Below are positions 40,664 through 52,188 of a DNA stretch of 64,000 bases, one piece after another (positions within the stretch are counted from its first letter, which is position 1; every line of letters starts with the position of its first letter). The notes below the pieces were generated by a model, which was not told the origin of the DNA, searched no databases, and saw nothing but the letters and a program-made list of their open reading frames with translations. Source of the DNA: Felis catus (taxonomy: Eukaryota); NCBI RefSeq assembly GCF_018350175.1, contig NC_058369.1, forward strand, positions 17,486,001 to 17,550,000, written 5' to 3'. The translations under genes and the position numbers were made by a program.

Positions 40664-43600
40664 AAAGAAAGAAAGAAAAGCCTTTATAAAGATATTTAAA
40701 AAGATACTTGACAAGTCTTTTTCATTCAAACTACCTGGATGTTAGAGCTAGAAACAAATGTGGTCTCTCCTCCTAATCAACACTCATTTTACAAATTGGG
40801 AAACATACAGATAAACAAAAATGCATCACTCAAGGTCTCCATTTGTGGGTAGCTCAGGTGGGGTCTAAACCCCAGATCCCTAAGTCCTATCATTCCCTTT
40901 GACCTATGGCTGTACTCATGTAAGGTAGCATGATTGAGGGCACATCTATACCAAACCAAATGCTATGGAGAAGATAGAAGACAGCAGATTCCATACCCCC
41001 CGGGTGCTTAAACACACAGAGAAACACCCAACAAAGCAAGGAATAATTTTAAGACTGTCTCTCACACTGAAAACTTTGGTGTCATTCTCATGACTTCTCC
41101 TTTACCACTACTGCACCTAAATACCACCCATTCCTAATTTGCAAAGATTTGTTCAATCTGTTCCTTCCTCTCCCCATGATTCAGAGAAAGTCTTCAGCAT
41201 TTTGTTGAATAATCACAACAGGCTCCTAAAGCACCCTGTTTGTGGGGCACCTGAGTAGCTCAGTCGGTTAAGCGTCTGACTTCGGCTCAGGTCATGATCT
41301 CATGGTTCGTGGGTTCAAGCCCTGCACCAGCTCTGTGCTGACAGCTCAGAGCCTGGAGCCTGCTGCGGATTCTGTGTCTCCCTCTCTCTCTGCTCCTCCC
41401 CCACTCATGCTCTCTCTCAAAAATAAACAAACATTAAAAAAAAAAATAAAGCACCCTGTTTGTAACTGACCCCTCCTCCCTTCTGGTTAACAGAGTCACG
41501 CTCGAGGAATTCTAGCATTCCTGAGGAAATCCAGCCACACCCTTGACTGGTAGACAACCTCGCACCAGCCCACGACACGTGCTCCATTCTCCAGCTTCAC
41601 AGGGCTACGTGCTACTGCCACAGGTGAACTGCTCTTTCATGAATCAACACACCCTGCTGACAAGTTCCCACACACTCTGAGACCCTGGGCAAACAGGTCC
41701 CCTCTGGGGGCTCACCCTTCGACCTGCTCATGGCACACAGGTGGTTGCTCAGTGTATGGCTCTTTCCAGGGTGAGGGACACTCCTGCCCTGGAAGCGTCC
41801 ACAGTGCCCACCCATTCAATGGGATACATATGGCCACGTGCATGAATTCAACAAGGCCACACACACAGGGTAAGCTGTTGTCCGCCACACCACTGGGTGG
41901 CTTCATAACTCCACCGCTATCCCACGATCGAGACGTGGAAAAAGAACCCACTCCTTGCTGTCTTCCTGCTTGAAAGTGTGAAGTTTTAATATGCAGGCTG
42001 AGTTAAACAGAGGTGTAACTGAGGATGACACCAGGGACAAACCCTATTTAGGACAAGACAATGACATACGAGCTATAAAAATGCCTAATTAAGGACACTA
42101 CTAGAAGGGAAGTCTCCATGTTAAAGCACAGTCTGAGAGTTCATCTACTGACCCCTTGAATTCCTGGCTGAAGCAAGGTGGCCACGGCAAGCTGCCTGCC
42201 CCCTCTCAAATCCAGACCGCCTCTCAGAGCAGGTCAAACCGTGAGGGCCAGAGGAGGGCTCAGCTCTGCAAAGATATGAAGCACTGGCCACTTTAGGACC
42301 CCGTAACAATGAAGTAGACATCCAAGGATATGCTTAGATCAGTAACAGTTGTAACCAAATGCCTGGCTGGGTCAAAGGCAATTCTAACTTAAGCTAGATG
42401 AGAGAAACCCAAATATCTGTCCTAAATATGAGCCGTGGGGAAGTATACACAGAAGAAACGAAAAAACATAAAAATTATATAAAGCTTCAATTATCTATAT
42501 AGGTAATATTCTCAACACCTTTAAGTTCCAAAATAATCCTAAACTCTATGTGGAAAATACCTGAGGTAAAACACAATCTTTGAGCAGGAAACAGAGAAAA
42601 AGTACTGTTTCAAATGTTTGGCAGACTTCATGCAAATGTTGAAAAGTGTGGACAAAACAAAAGGCTGAGAAAAATGAGAGCCAGAGACTCCATGACAGGG
42701 GACAGCCAGCTCCCCCATCTTGCAAACAGGAGCTCTGAGGACCTAAGAGTGCCCACGTAGATGTGTTCCTCAATAGCTCCTGAGGGAGATGCTGTGTTTT
42801 GAGGCTAACCACAGCCCCGGCCTGTGGACTCTGCCTCATTCAGGGCCAACCCCCAGACTACCGTACCTGCACTGCACCCACAGCTTAGACCGCCAAAGTG
42901 CCATCAATCGCTGTCACTTGTGAGGAACCTCAAGCTGCTATTTATTTGTCCTCTGCAACATCCCACCCTGGATGACCCCCTGGCCTTCCCTTCCCATACT
43001 GACCGCCCCATACCTTAACTGTGGCTCAAAAACGAACAGCTACAGGAACCTCGCTAGCTCCTACAGTGGCCATCTCACAGCCCCCCTAGCTTCAGATTCT
43101 CTGTCTCCCCCTCTCCTCTGTCCCTCCCCCGCTCCTGCTTGGTCTCTCTCTCTCTCTCTCTCTCTCTCAAAAACAAACATTAAAAAAAAAAAAATAATGG
43201 AACCCCTTAAATTCAGTTTAGCAGGTATTTTCTTGAGATCTTAAACTAGAAGTTAAGAGTGGTCACAGCAACAGCAAGAACATTAATTTGACCAAGAATA
43301 GCTGGGATGAACTAGAAAGTATAAAAACAAGAACTACAAGCATATACATTAGCCAGACTTCCTCACACACCAATGAGGACCAAAAATACTCGAAGAAACA
43401 GTGTGCTTTACACCAGAGAACACTAGCGGCTGGTCAAGAGAAAGGTCCACAGACCCAAAGACTGAATCTCAAATGAAACTACTTTTGATTCCTGTGGTGA
43501 AGTGGGTAGAAGGATTAGTTTCCATTTAGTCTAGTCGACTCTGTCCGAGGCCTAATTACTCCAGGCTTCCAGGCTCTCTCTGGACACACCAGAACAACTT

Positions 43601-46144
43601 ACAAGGTTTGTAGTTCTTCTCATGACAAGGGGAGCAGTCCAGAGGCTTGCCATGCATGATGGGGTCTCTTCATCATTCTAAAGAAAGAGAAACACTTAAA
43701 AGATTCAGTAGAGACTAAGTTTGAATGCTTTAGGTATGATTCTGCCTGAGGAGTATCAGACTCGCCCATAGGAAGCATCTAATGTTCGCTCCTCTTTCCC
43801 ACTCCCCAATATGTTAAGATCAGAAGAGAATCACATTTCACAATTCAGACATCTGAACGTAGCTAAAAGCATCCCGCTACCCTGAGGGTACTGAGGAGGT
43901 AGGCTGTCCCTCTGGCTTGTCCTACACTGTTCTTGTTCCATGTCTCTTGTACAAAATAACTGTCACCTTCTTCAGGGTAAGAAGGAGCCTATCACTCTCT
44001 TCTTTTGAAGAACCCTGTCCCCCCTCAGATTTAATTAGACTAGGAGCAGAGTCTCAATAAATCCCCACCAGATGAGCAAAAATATCAGCCAGCTCAAGCC
44101 CTGGGGAATTGCTGTTGTTTTTCACATCACTTTTCCAGAGTACTTAGTGGAACGGGTAGAAACACACACACACTACCTTCAGGTTCTCTCCTTCAAGAAG
44201 GTCCATGAAGCCATCATCCTCATCAGACAAAGTGGCAGTCACAGGGGACTGGGGCATAAAAAGAGGAATGAAATTCCCTGGCTCGCTGCTCTCTCTTTCA
44301 TTCGAGGAAAGCTGGAAGACGAATTCACAGCTTGTTAATGATCAGACTTGATTTCCTTGGATGGGTCACTAGATTTTATGAGGAAAACATACTATATTTA
44401 TTAGAACTAATATTTTGGCAGCTACTAAGCAAAGGATAACGTATCCTAAGATGAGAAATGATTTGACGTCTACACATAGTCCTGAGTAGAATCAGGCCTA
44501 GGAGCCTTCGCAAAAGACTTCCCAGAAGCGATTCACCTTACACTGGGATGTGGGGATGGCCTCTTTTATGAAGGGCAAGGTTTGTTTTATCAGAGGATTG
44601 TAATCAGTAAACACGGATCAACATGCAGGTTTTGATATAGTACTGTCACCTGATCCTAGTTCTTTAAACTTGGAATTCAAATGACAGGTGCTCAGTTTTT
44701 AACTGAGGAATTACTGTGTGCCAGACACAACGATACAATCTTAAGTGTTTACTCCCACTGACGCCTGACAATGCATTAAGGTGAGTTACTCCTTTTCTAC
44801 TTATTTAACAAACCAGGAAACCAATGCTTAAGAGAGTTTACTCATAAATCTACCAGATAGAGATCAGCACTACTAATAACAAACATTGCTGATAGTGAAT
44901 TATTTCTTTTCCAGGTGCTTCCCAAAGCCAGGAAAAATGTTCAGAGATATATTTTTTTTTCCCCACAGTAACAAGGCAGTCTCAACTTAAGTCCTACAAA
45001 GAATCCTTCAGAAGCCCCAAATCCCTTTGGATAGGACTTCATTAATCCTCAAGTGGCCTTCTGGTTTTTGGACTCAGTCACTCACCCAGGGAGGGATCCT
45101 CTCTGCCCCTGGCCTACACTGCTTTGGGCACCGGCTTGCTTCATAAAAGTTCTAGGCTGCCCCTGAACCTCCACAAGTGCTCCTGAGCACGCCCTGGGCA
45201 CACCGGCAAGTTCTCAGCCGCCAGAACCAAGAAGCTGGTAACCTTATTGTAGGACAATACACTGAAGGCTCATACTAGAATACCAGTATTTGTGACCTGG
45301 ATTTTCTGGGATCCCCAGTGAAGGTGTGATACAATAAATGATGGACAAGTCATCTATAATGAAGGATGGCCAGGTGACCACAATAAACTCTGATGCTGTG
45401 GTCTTCAAGGGCACACTATTTCGTTTTGGATACCCTGTACTTAAAAAAAAAAACTTTTTTTTTAATGTTTATTTTTGAAGGAGAGAGAGACAGCGTGCAA
45501 GCAGGGGAAGGGGAGAGAGAGAGGGAGACACAAAATCCGAAGCAGGCTCCAGGCTCTCAGCCGTCAGCACAGAGCCCAATGCGGGGCTCGAACCCACAAA
45601 CTGTGAGATCATGACCTGGGCCAAAGTCAGACGCCTAACTGACTGAGCCACCCAGGCACCCCATGGATACCTTGTACTTAAAGGGTTACCGTGTACTCAG
45701 GAATCAGGAGATTCTATTAAATCCTGGTCTTCTATTTATCGGTATCCTTTGGCAAATTACCCAACCTCCCTTAACAGACTTTCCCAATCTGTAAAATGGG
45801 CTAACTTCACCTACTTCACACGCTTAGGAAGATTAAGACAAAAACATATGTGAAAATGCTTTGTGCAAATGCTAAACAGAACAGCAATACTGACTGAACG
45901 AACCTGAACTTCAGACCAAAAGCCAGACTGGAAAGCTGTATGCAAGTTCCCAGGAAAACCTGGAAACCAAATGTGGTCATTCTGCTCAAATTTCCTCTCT
46001 AGTCTATAGCTATCAGATTGCCAGTAAGGAACTTTGGAAGTAGTGACAGCTTCTGTTTGGCAAATAAGTAACCCTGGGGCAAGTGGTCCCAAATACTATC
46101 AAGTAACCTATAGGCAGTGGGTTCATTGGAATCCATAATAGTTC

Positions 46145-46196
<52 letters not shown>

Positions 46197-49100
46197 AGGG
46201 GAGAGGGCAAAGGGACAGAATCCCAAGGAGGCTCCATGCTCAGCAGAGCCTGATGTAGGGCTCAATCCCACACCCTTGGGATCATGACCTTAGCCAAAAT
46301 CAAGAGCTGGACACTCAACCGACTGAGCCACCCAGGAGTCCCCATAATACTCTTAATAAAACACCTTTGGAGGAAGCCAAGTGCCATCTCCAGACAAAAC
46401 CACTCTGGAGGCACTGTGAAAGAAAGTTTTAAGCCACATAATCCCACCGTGCACACATACAGAAGAATGACCCAGGATGCCTGTAGATTATTTCCCTAGA
46501 ACTGACAAGATCAAATATTCCTTGTTCAAGTTCAGTATTTCAAACATACCATCTTTCACTCTGCTTCTGCCTGTCTGCTCTCCAGACAGCAAAAACACCA
46601 AAGATGTGACAGTCTAGTTTCAAATGACAAAGACAAGAGCTCTAGTGTCTTTGACTCCAGGTTAAAGAGGGTGCTTTAATTCTTCCCCACCAGGAACTCC
46701 CCTGTGAAAGCCAAAGCACATACCATCCGAGCTGGGGCAGAGTTCTGCCTCTGTGTGAAGATATCTTTACCCTCCTCAAGTCCATGAGAGTGCAGGCAGC
46801 CACGAGATGCCGGTCTTATTGGCTTCTTAAACTCAAAGGCTTCCTGCAAGACAGCAGAGTCGATATATCTTCCCCTGTCCATGAAAACCAGGGTCTTAGC
46901 TGTAGCTTGGGTGAGACAGTCAAGGGAGTAGGCACTGCTCACCTTTGCAACTGCCTCCAAACTAAGGGTTTACCCATTTCTGAGCTAACTCCAACACTGG
47001 ATCTGTGTCACTAAGAATTTCACAGACTGTCAACAGCTAACTTCTAAAGCAGCATTTTTTTCTCTCACCACAAGGACATAAATATCTGCCAAGTATACAA
47101 AACACTGAGTTAATAAGCCAAATCGAATCAACAACTTCCTAAAATCTAAAACGAAGTGTTTCAAAATAATTGCCTGTGAGTGGGAGTCAAAACCTTTTAC
47201 TCTTGGGGCACTTGGGTGGCTCAGCTGGTTAAGTGTCCGACTTCAGCTTAGGTCATGATCTCGCAGTTCATGAGTTTGAGCCCCACGTTGGGCTCTGTGC
47301 TGCCAGCACAGAGCCTGCTTCGGTCCTCTGTCCCCACCTCTCTCTGCACCTCCCCAGCTCGTGTGCAAGTGCACTCTCTCAAAAATAAACATTAAAAAAT
47401 AAATTAAAAAATAAATAAAAATGCTTAAAAAAAAAAAACCCTTTTTACTCTAGATTTGAAGGCTTTGTGTTTTCCACCACCTTCCTACAAACATAATTCT
47501 TTTTCTTTCCACTTGTAATTATTGTACTTCATACTAAAAGCAATGGAAAATAAAAAACTGTTTCAGTCAACAACATAAATGAATTTCACATGTTCAATGA
47601 AAGCCAGAAGTGACAGAATACATTCTGTATGATTCCATTTACTTCAAGTTTAAAAAAACTTATAATCCCTCTACCCCAAAACAGTCACTTATTAAGTGCT
47701 CAGAGCAGTTAACAGCTAATATCAGAGTATTTACATGCCAACACACCACAAAGTACTTTCTATGTATTAACTCATATAACCAGCAACTGCAACCCAATCA
47801 CCCCATTTTACAGATGAGGAAACTAGACCTTACAGGTTAAGTGATGTGCCTAAGATCATGCGAATTCTTTAACTACCACCTATGTATGCTGTTTACTCCC
47901 CAGAACAAAGTTCCAAGCAGGCAACCCTGAGAAAAGCCAAGTTCAGGGGAAAACCAGGCATCAGTACAGCTTCAGTGTGTTCAGTAGAAAGCACTACTAG
48001 CCTTTTCCTGAGCTTACAACTCATCCCAGGGTGAGCACAAAGAGGCAAGGCCTGGACAGACCCTTCTAGATAAGGTATTCATGGATATAATTATTCCTAA
48101 GGGCTGCCATCTGAGCAACACCTCCCTGCCAGGAACCATTTTAAATGCTTTATATACATTATCTTATTTAATTCCCATAATACGCTACAAGTTACTGCTA
48201 CTCGTATTTTACAAAGAAAATGAAGAAGCCAAAAAAGAAGTAATGGGTCAAGGTCATACAGCTAGTAAGCAGGATTCAAATCCAAGTTTCTCTGACTACA
48301 AAGATGATGCATGACTTTGGTGAAGGTCTAGTCTCCCAGAAAGCAGCCCAGCCACTTTTTTGTAAGCCACTGACACTTGTGGCTTTACCTCTAGCCTAAG
48401 TTAGTACATTGATGCCACTCACGTTTTCCTTGTTCTCATCCTGGTCCATCAGCTGAAAGACATCATGGTCAAGAGAATCAGAATGACTCCTCTTCAGGGC
48501 TGGGCTACATCCCAAGAGCTTCTGCTGTCAAAATGAAAAAAGACATTAGGGCACATTAAATGAAAATTCAATGGAAATTCAGTTTCAAAAGAAAAAAAAG
48601 TGGTGGTGAAGGGGCTAAATCCTCACACACTGCAGGAGGTAACCAAGAAATGTGGCCAGGGTTCCACTTTGCAGTAACACGGGGTAGAAGATCCCACTAC
48701 ATGGCTTTACACCTAACCTTACAAGGTAGGTCTCCAGCCCTTTCAGTAGAGATTGAGGTCCCAAAATATCATTTGCGTAAAAAGAATACTTCCTGGTATT
48801 CTTTTTGATAAATACTTTCCTGGTATTCATTTGATAGTAATAAATGAAGGGAAATGCCCATTACTGAGGCTGTTCAGGTAGGGTGTTTTGAGTACTTATG
48901 AGACGAAGGAAGAACAATTTTTGCTGTCTAAATTAAGATCACACTAACAGCTAAGGAGACAGATGAATGTCAATTAGCTAAAAATAAAAAAGGGAACTAA
49001 CTTACAGGTAGGGAATTTATTCTCCTCATGGGATTTCCAAGGCTGCAATGAGATCAGAAGGTAAACAATGAGAATAAAACAAGAGAGGTATTCATATGAG

Positions 49101-52100
49101 CAGATGCAGTGTCTAGCCTATAGTTTGGGGAAGGGGGCAGACAATCACATTCCCATTTTAGGCAAGATGGAAGAACAGATTTCTGAAGCTGTCCCGTTCT
49201 CATAAGCGCCCCCAACATTGGGCTTCTAGGTAAAAAGAACAAGCCCAGGTCTTCTCTTAAAATACCCACGTTCTTTAAGGCTATGATGTCAGAGGGTGAA
49301 TTAAGGATTTGGGGGAGACTTAAACACCAAAAATTACAGCTAAAATAAAGGAAAGGAAGTTTTAAAAACTGCTGACACAAACTACTCACTCTCTAAAGGC
49401 ACCAGACTTATTTCTAACATGCAGAAGTCTTAGTAGGGTCAGCTAAATCCAAGGCTCCCATACAGAGCACAACGAATTTCATTAAAAAATTAAGAGAAGT
49501 CTTTCCTAACTAACTTTTACTTTCTTAACTTTTAAAAGCAGTGAATACATACTTTTCTTTACTGTCCAAGGGCCCAGGAGAATCCAGACAGAAGCCTGTG
49601 GGAAATAACAAAATTTCTCAGGAAATAATACACAAAACACCATTTTGTCATTAAATAAACAAAAACACTACTAGTACTGTTTCTTTGAGCCATCACCCAA
49701 GACTCAGGGCTTGGACTTTTGGCAGAATCAAAGTGGCGTCTCTATTTGATTGTCAAAAACTTTCTATTTGCCCCAAATCTTAACACTTCCACAGTAAACC
49801 TACCTATCTCATTTTCCTACTTACAAATACCATCAAGAGAGTAGGTGGGGAGAATTAAATACAACCTTCTAATGTTTGGTTGGTTGTTCAGATAGAGGTT
49901 ACCCACGTAACTTTGTTTCAACCGTGGAAAGAAGAGGTACCAGTTTTCTGGAAGTTTCGACTTCAAATATTTTATTTTGTCAGATCATACGTGTAATTCG
50001 GGGGTTTGGAAAAATACACTTCTCAGTCAGTCATATGACAAACAAGGCAAGTATTCATTGCCTTGAACAAAAGTACACCAAGCAAGGTGCCCATCTCACT
50101 GAAGGAAGCAAGGTGGCAAAGACGCTGCTCTCAGTACACCCAGACCCACCAGCGCCTGCCTCTCATGATAGCCATGTTAACTTTGCAGGAAGTCAAGTGC
50201 TAGTTCTGATATTCTCACTTGCCACACTGCCACAAGTAAGAATTCTATCCCTAGCTCCTGGGGCACCTCGGTGGCTCAGTCCAACTCTTGGTTTGAGGTC
50301 AGGTCATGATCTCGCGCCGTTCGTGAGTTCAAACCCCGCATTGGGCTCCGGGCTGACAGTGTGGAGCCTGCTTGGGACTCTCTCTCTCTGCCCCTCCCTC
50401 CCACTCCCTCTGTCTCTCTCTCAAAATAAATAAATAAACTTAAAACAGAAAAGAATCCTCTCCCTAGTTCCTAAGAAGCCTACATTTTAAGAACTTTGCT
50501 CTTGCAGTTCCCTAACCTAAAGCATCTGTGTAACTATAAAACGCTGCAGTAACATAAGTTTACGAGTTAGAATAAAATGCACCAGCACATTTCCTCCATA
50601 GCAGGCTCACTGAAACAGTTTCATTATACTTCCAATAATTTGACCCTGCATTTCAACCAATATAATTTTCTGATCTTGGTGTTATGGTTCATGGTATGCA
50701 ACTACTTTACTCACACATCCTCAAGATCAAGCACACACCACCTCCTTGCAGACACTTGTTTCCCCCCGTTGTAAACTACCACAGGGCCTTCTTTGTCCTG
50801 CTTTAAGAGTGTTTGTCACTGAATGCCATGACTTTTGTTTATGGTCTGAACTAGTCCCCAATCTAAGTTCTAGGTGAAGCACATATTTCAACAAATTCCA
50901 AGTATTGATCCCTACGTGATGAATGTTGAAGACTAAAGGGATACCTGAATCGGTTGACTCAGAGGAGCCCATTCTCTGCAGACTGCCGTTTCTCACCTCC
51001 AGCGGCTGTTCACACTCACTGAAAGCAAGAGAAATAACTCTATTTCTAAAACATAATTACAAGGTTACATACAGGAAACAGGCCATGAGGTTAGCAAGTA
51101 TCCAGGCTAATAACCATCTTGTTCTAGGCCACACCAGACCCCCACTTTGCCACCCAAAACACCCAGTTAGCACTTGAATATAAATGATGAGAAAGGAGTG
51201 AGTAGGCATGGCCTGGGTCACATTGTAGACAAGATGACTATGATGTTGGAATATTTCCTGAAGCGAGAGCATGCGTTCTAGGTACGGTGCTGGGAGCAGG
51301 GATGAAAGATCAATTGGACAAGTTACTGCTTTTCAGAGGTTGGAAAACGTACAAGACGTGTGCTTACAGAGAAAATGGGATATCCAAAACTGAAGTGAAA
51401 GCAGCTCCACCAGAAACATCGTGCGATGCACGTTTTGCTAACAAGGAAAAGTCCAGGGAGCTTTTGAGGATGGAAGCAGGAGTAAAAAGGCCCGGCCTTA
51501 GGAACGCATGGGTCGACATCAGGAATGTGCATGGGGTGCAGCATTGGGGGGATTTTGCACGTAGGCCAAGTAAGAAAATGCCATGTCTCTCTGTAGAGAA
51601 GGAACAAAGCTCACAGGAAGCCAAGATCCTGAGAGGTAGTTCAGCAAAGGGTGGAAGTGAGCGCCTGAAAGGGTCTGCTTTGCCCCCGTGGGGGTAGATT
51701 TCAAAGAGCTTCCCGAGATTGGGACAGAAGAGTACAAGGCAATCCGAAAGGGGTGGCCAAGCTGGGGAACCCGGGCCGACCCCACCCCCTACCGGGCCCG
51801 GCTCGAGGCTGAGGGCGACCCTGGAGGGTCCGAACGGCCTCTCCCGCCCAACATTCCGCCTGGGGGGAGGGTGCACATGGCTGGCCCCAGCTCAGCGGGG
51901 CGGCCCACGAGCGACGGACAGGTCTCGCCCCTCTCTGGGCCCGTTTCCCGGCCTGATCCCCCCGAGAGCCGTCTGGGAGCCCAGCGGCCTGCGGCAGAGC
52001 TCGCCAGTCCCTTCTCACCTGCCCAGCCCCTGCAGCTGGTCCATGGTGACCGTCAAGTTGGTGACAGGCGACAGGCCGCCGCAGGCTGGCGCGCCGAACA

Positions 52101-52188
52101 GCGCTTTCACGACTGGCTGCGGCGTGGGAGGGGGACTGCAGGCGAAGAGCAGGCGACGGCGGTGCGGGGGCTCCGGGCCCAGTTCCAT
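29900..52188 (-). CDS. CDC25A: CDC25A dual-specificity phosphatase, 15 coding exons, 1575 nt / 524 aa (span includes introns)
   Basis: Spliced translation runs [21 protein letters not shown]...STDSG (beta-TrCP degron)...ENKEN (KEN box)...DDGFMD...KRRKS...HCEFSSER (CX5R active site)...[10 protein letters not shown]. Exon lengths 170+74+43+37+102+120+135+75+174+99+63+99+131+112+141 sum to 1575; all introns are GT-AG. Confidence 0.99.
30247..30358 (-). CDS. CDC25A: CDC25A exon 14 (CRYVRERDR...YKEFFLKCQ)
   Basis: Acceptor cgatag|, donor |gtaagc. Confidence 0.98.
31887..32017 (-). CDS. CDC25A: CDC25A exon 13 ([10 protein letters not shown]...[11 protein letters not shown]), catalytic CX5R
   Basis: Acceptor ttcacag|, donor |gtgagt. 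Confidence 0.98.
32258..32490 (+). mobile_element. Young SINEC_Fc-type SINE in CDC25A intron 12 (antisense to the gene)
   Basis: Near-consensus and CpG-rich, long A tail, TSD aaagattaaattgg. Confidence 0.95.
32948..33046 (-). CDS. CDC25A: CDC25A exon 12 (MASVLNGKF...[14 protein letters not shown])
   Basis: Acceptor ccacag|, donor |gtatgg; rhodanese-fold CH2A motif. Confidence 0.98.
33142..33204 (-). CDS. CDC25A: CDC25A exon 11 ([21 protein letters not shown])
   Basis: Acceptor tttaag|, donor |gtaagt. Confidence 0.97.
34722..34820 (-). CDS. CDC25A: CDC25A exon 10 ([14 protein letters not shown]...LIGDFSK)
   Basis: Acceptor ttacag|, donor |gtaatt. Confidence 0.97.
35210..37802. mobile_element. 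About eight SINEs in both orientations plus L1 debris in intron 9
   Basis: Repeated SINE heads gtggctcagt / actgagccac. Confidence 0.85.
38085..38372 (+). mobile_element. Ancient L1 ORF1-region fragment
   Basis: gaaccaggaaaatctcaacttgaa...gattttaaagcagct...aatggaaatttcagaattgaaaaat. Confidence 0.65.
38409..38582 (-). CDS. CDC25A: CDC25A exon 9 (GNRCKLFDS...KRRKS...EKPQE)
   Basis: Acceptor ccactag|, donor |gttagt; basic NLS-like KRRK. Confidence 0.97.
39600..40236 (-). mobile_element. Three head-to-tail SINEs in intron 8
   Basis: Three complete bodies; flanking ccagagatttt repeated. Confidence 0.9.
43603..43677 (-). CDS. CDC25A: CDC25A exon 8 ([25 protein letters not shown])
   Basis: Acceptor ctttag|, donor |gtaagt. 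Confidence 0.97.
44177..44311 (-). CDS. CDC25A: CDC25A exon 7 (LSSNERE...[14 protein letters not shown])
   Basis: Acceptor cttccag|, donor |gtagtg. Confidence 0.97.
45445..45662 (-). mobile_element. SINE in intron 6
   Basis: TSD tggataccctgtacttaaa / tggataccttgtacttaaa. Confidence 0.92.
46148..46342 (-). mobile_element. SINE in intron 6
   Basis: (GA)n plus SINE body. Confidence 0.9.
46724..46843 (-). CDS. CDC25A: CDC25A exon 6 (EAFEFKKP...RQNSAPARM)
   Basis: Acceptor cttgcag|, donor |gtatgt; 120 nt. Confidence 0.97.
47206..47436 (+). mobile_element. SINE in intron 5
   Basis: TSD-like aaaaccttttactct / aaaaccctttttactct. Confidence 0.92.
48423..48524 (-). CDS. CDC25A: CDC25A exon 5 ([17 protein letters not shown]...ENKEN)
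   Basis: Acceptor tttgacag|CAG, donor |gtgagt. Confidence 0.97.
49006..49042 (-). CDS. CDC25A: CDC25A exon 4 ([13 protein letters not shown])
   Basis: Acceptor ttgcag|, donor |gtaagt. Confidence 0.97.
49553..49595 (-). CDS. CDC25A: CDC25A exon 3 ([14 protein letters not shown])
   Basis: Acceptor cccacag|, donor |gtatgt. Confidence 0.97.
50945..51018 (-). CDS. CDC25A: CDC25A exon 2 ([24 protein letters not shown])
   Basis: Acceptor ctttcag|, donor |gtatcc; carries the phosphodegron region. Confidence 0.97.
52019..52188 (-). CDS. CDC25A: CDC25A coding exon 1 (MELGPEPP...LQGLG)
   Basis: Kozak-like GCCGCCATGG; donor AG|gtgaga. Confidence 0.98.
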
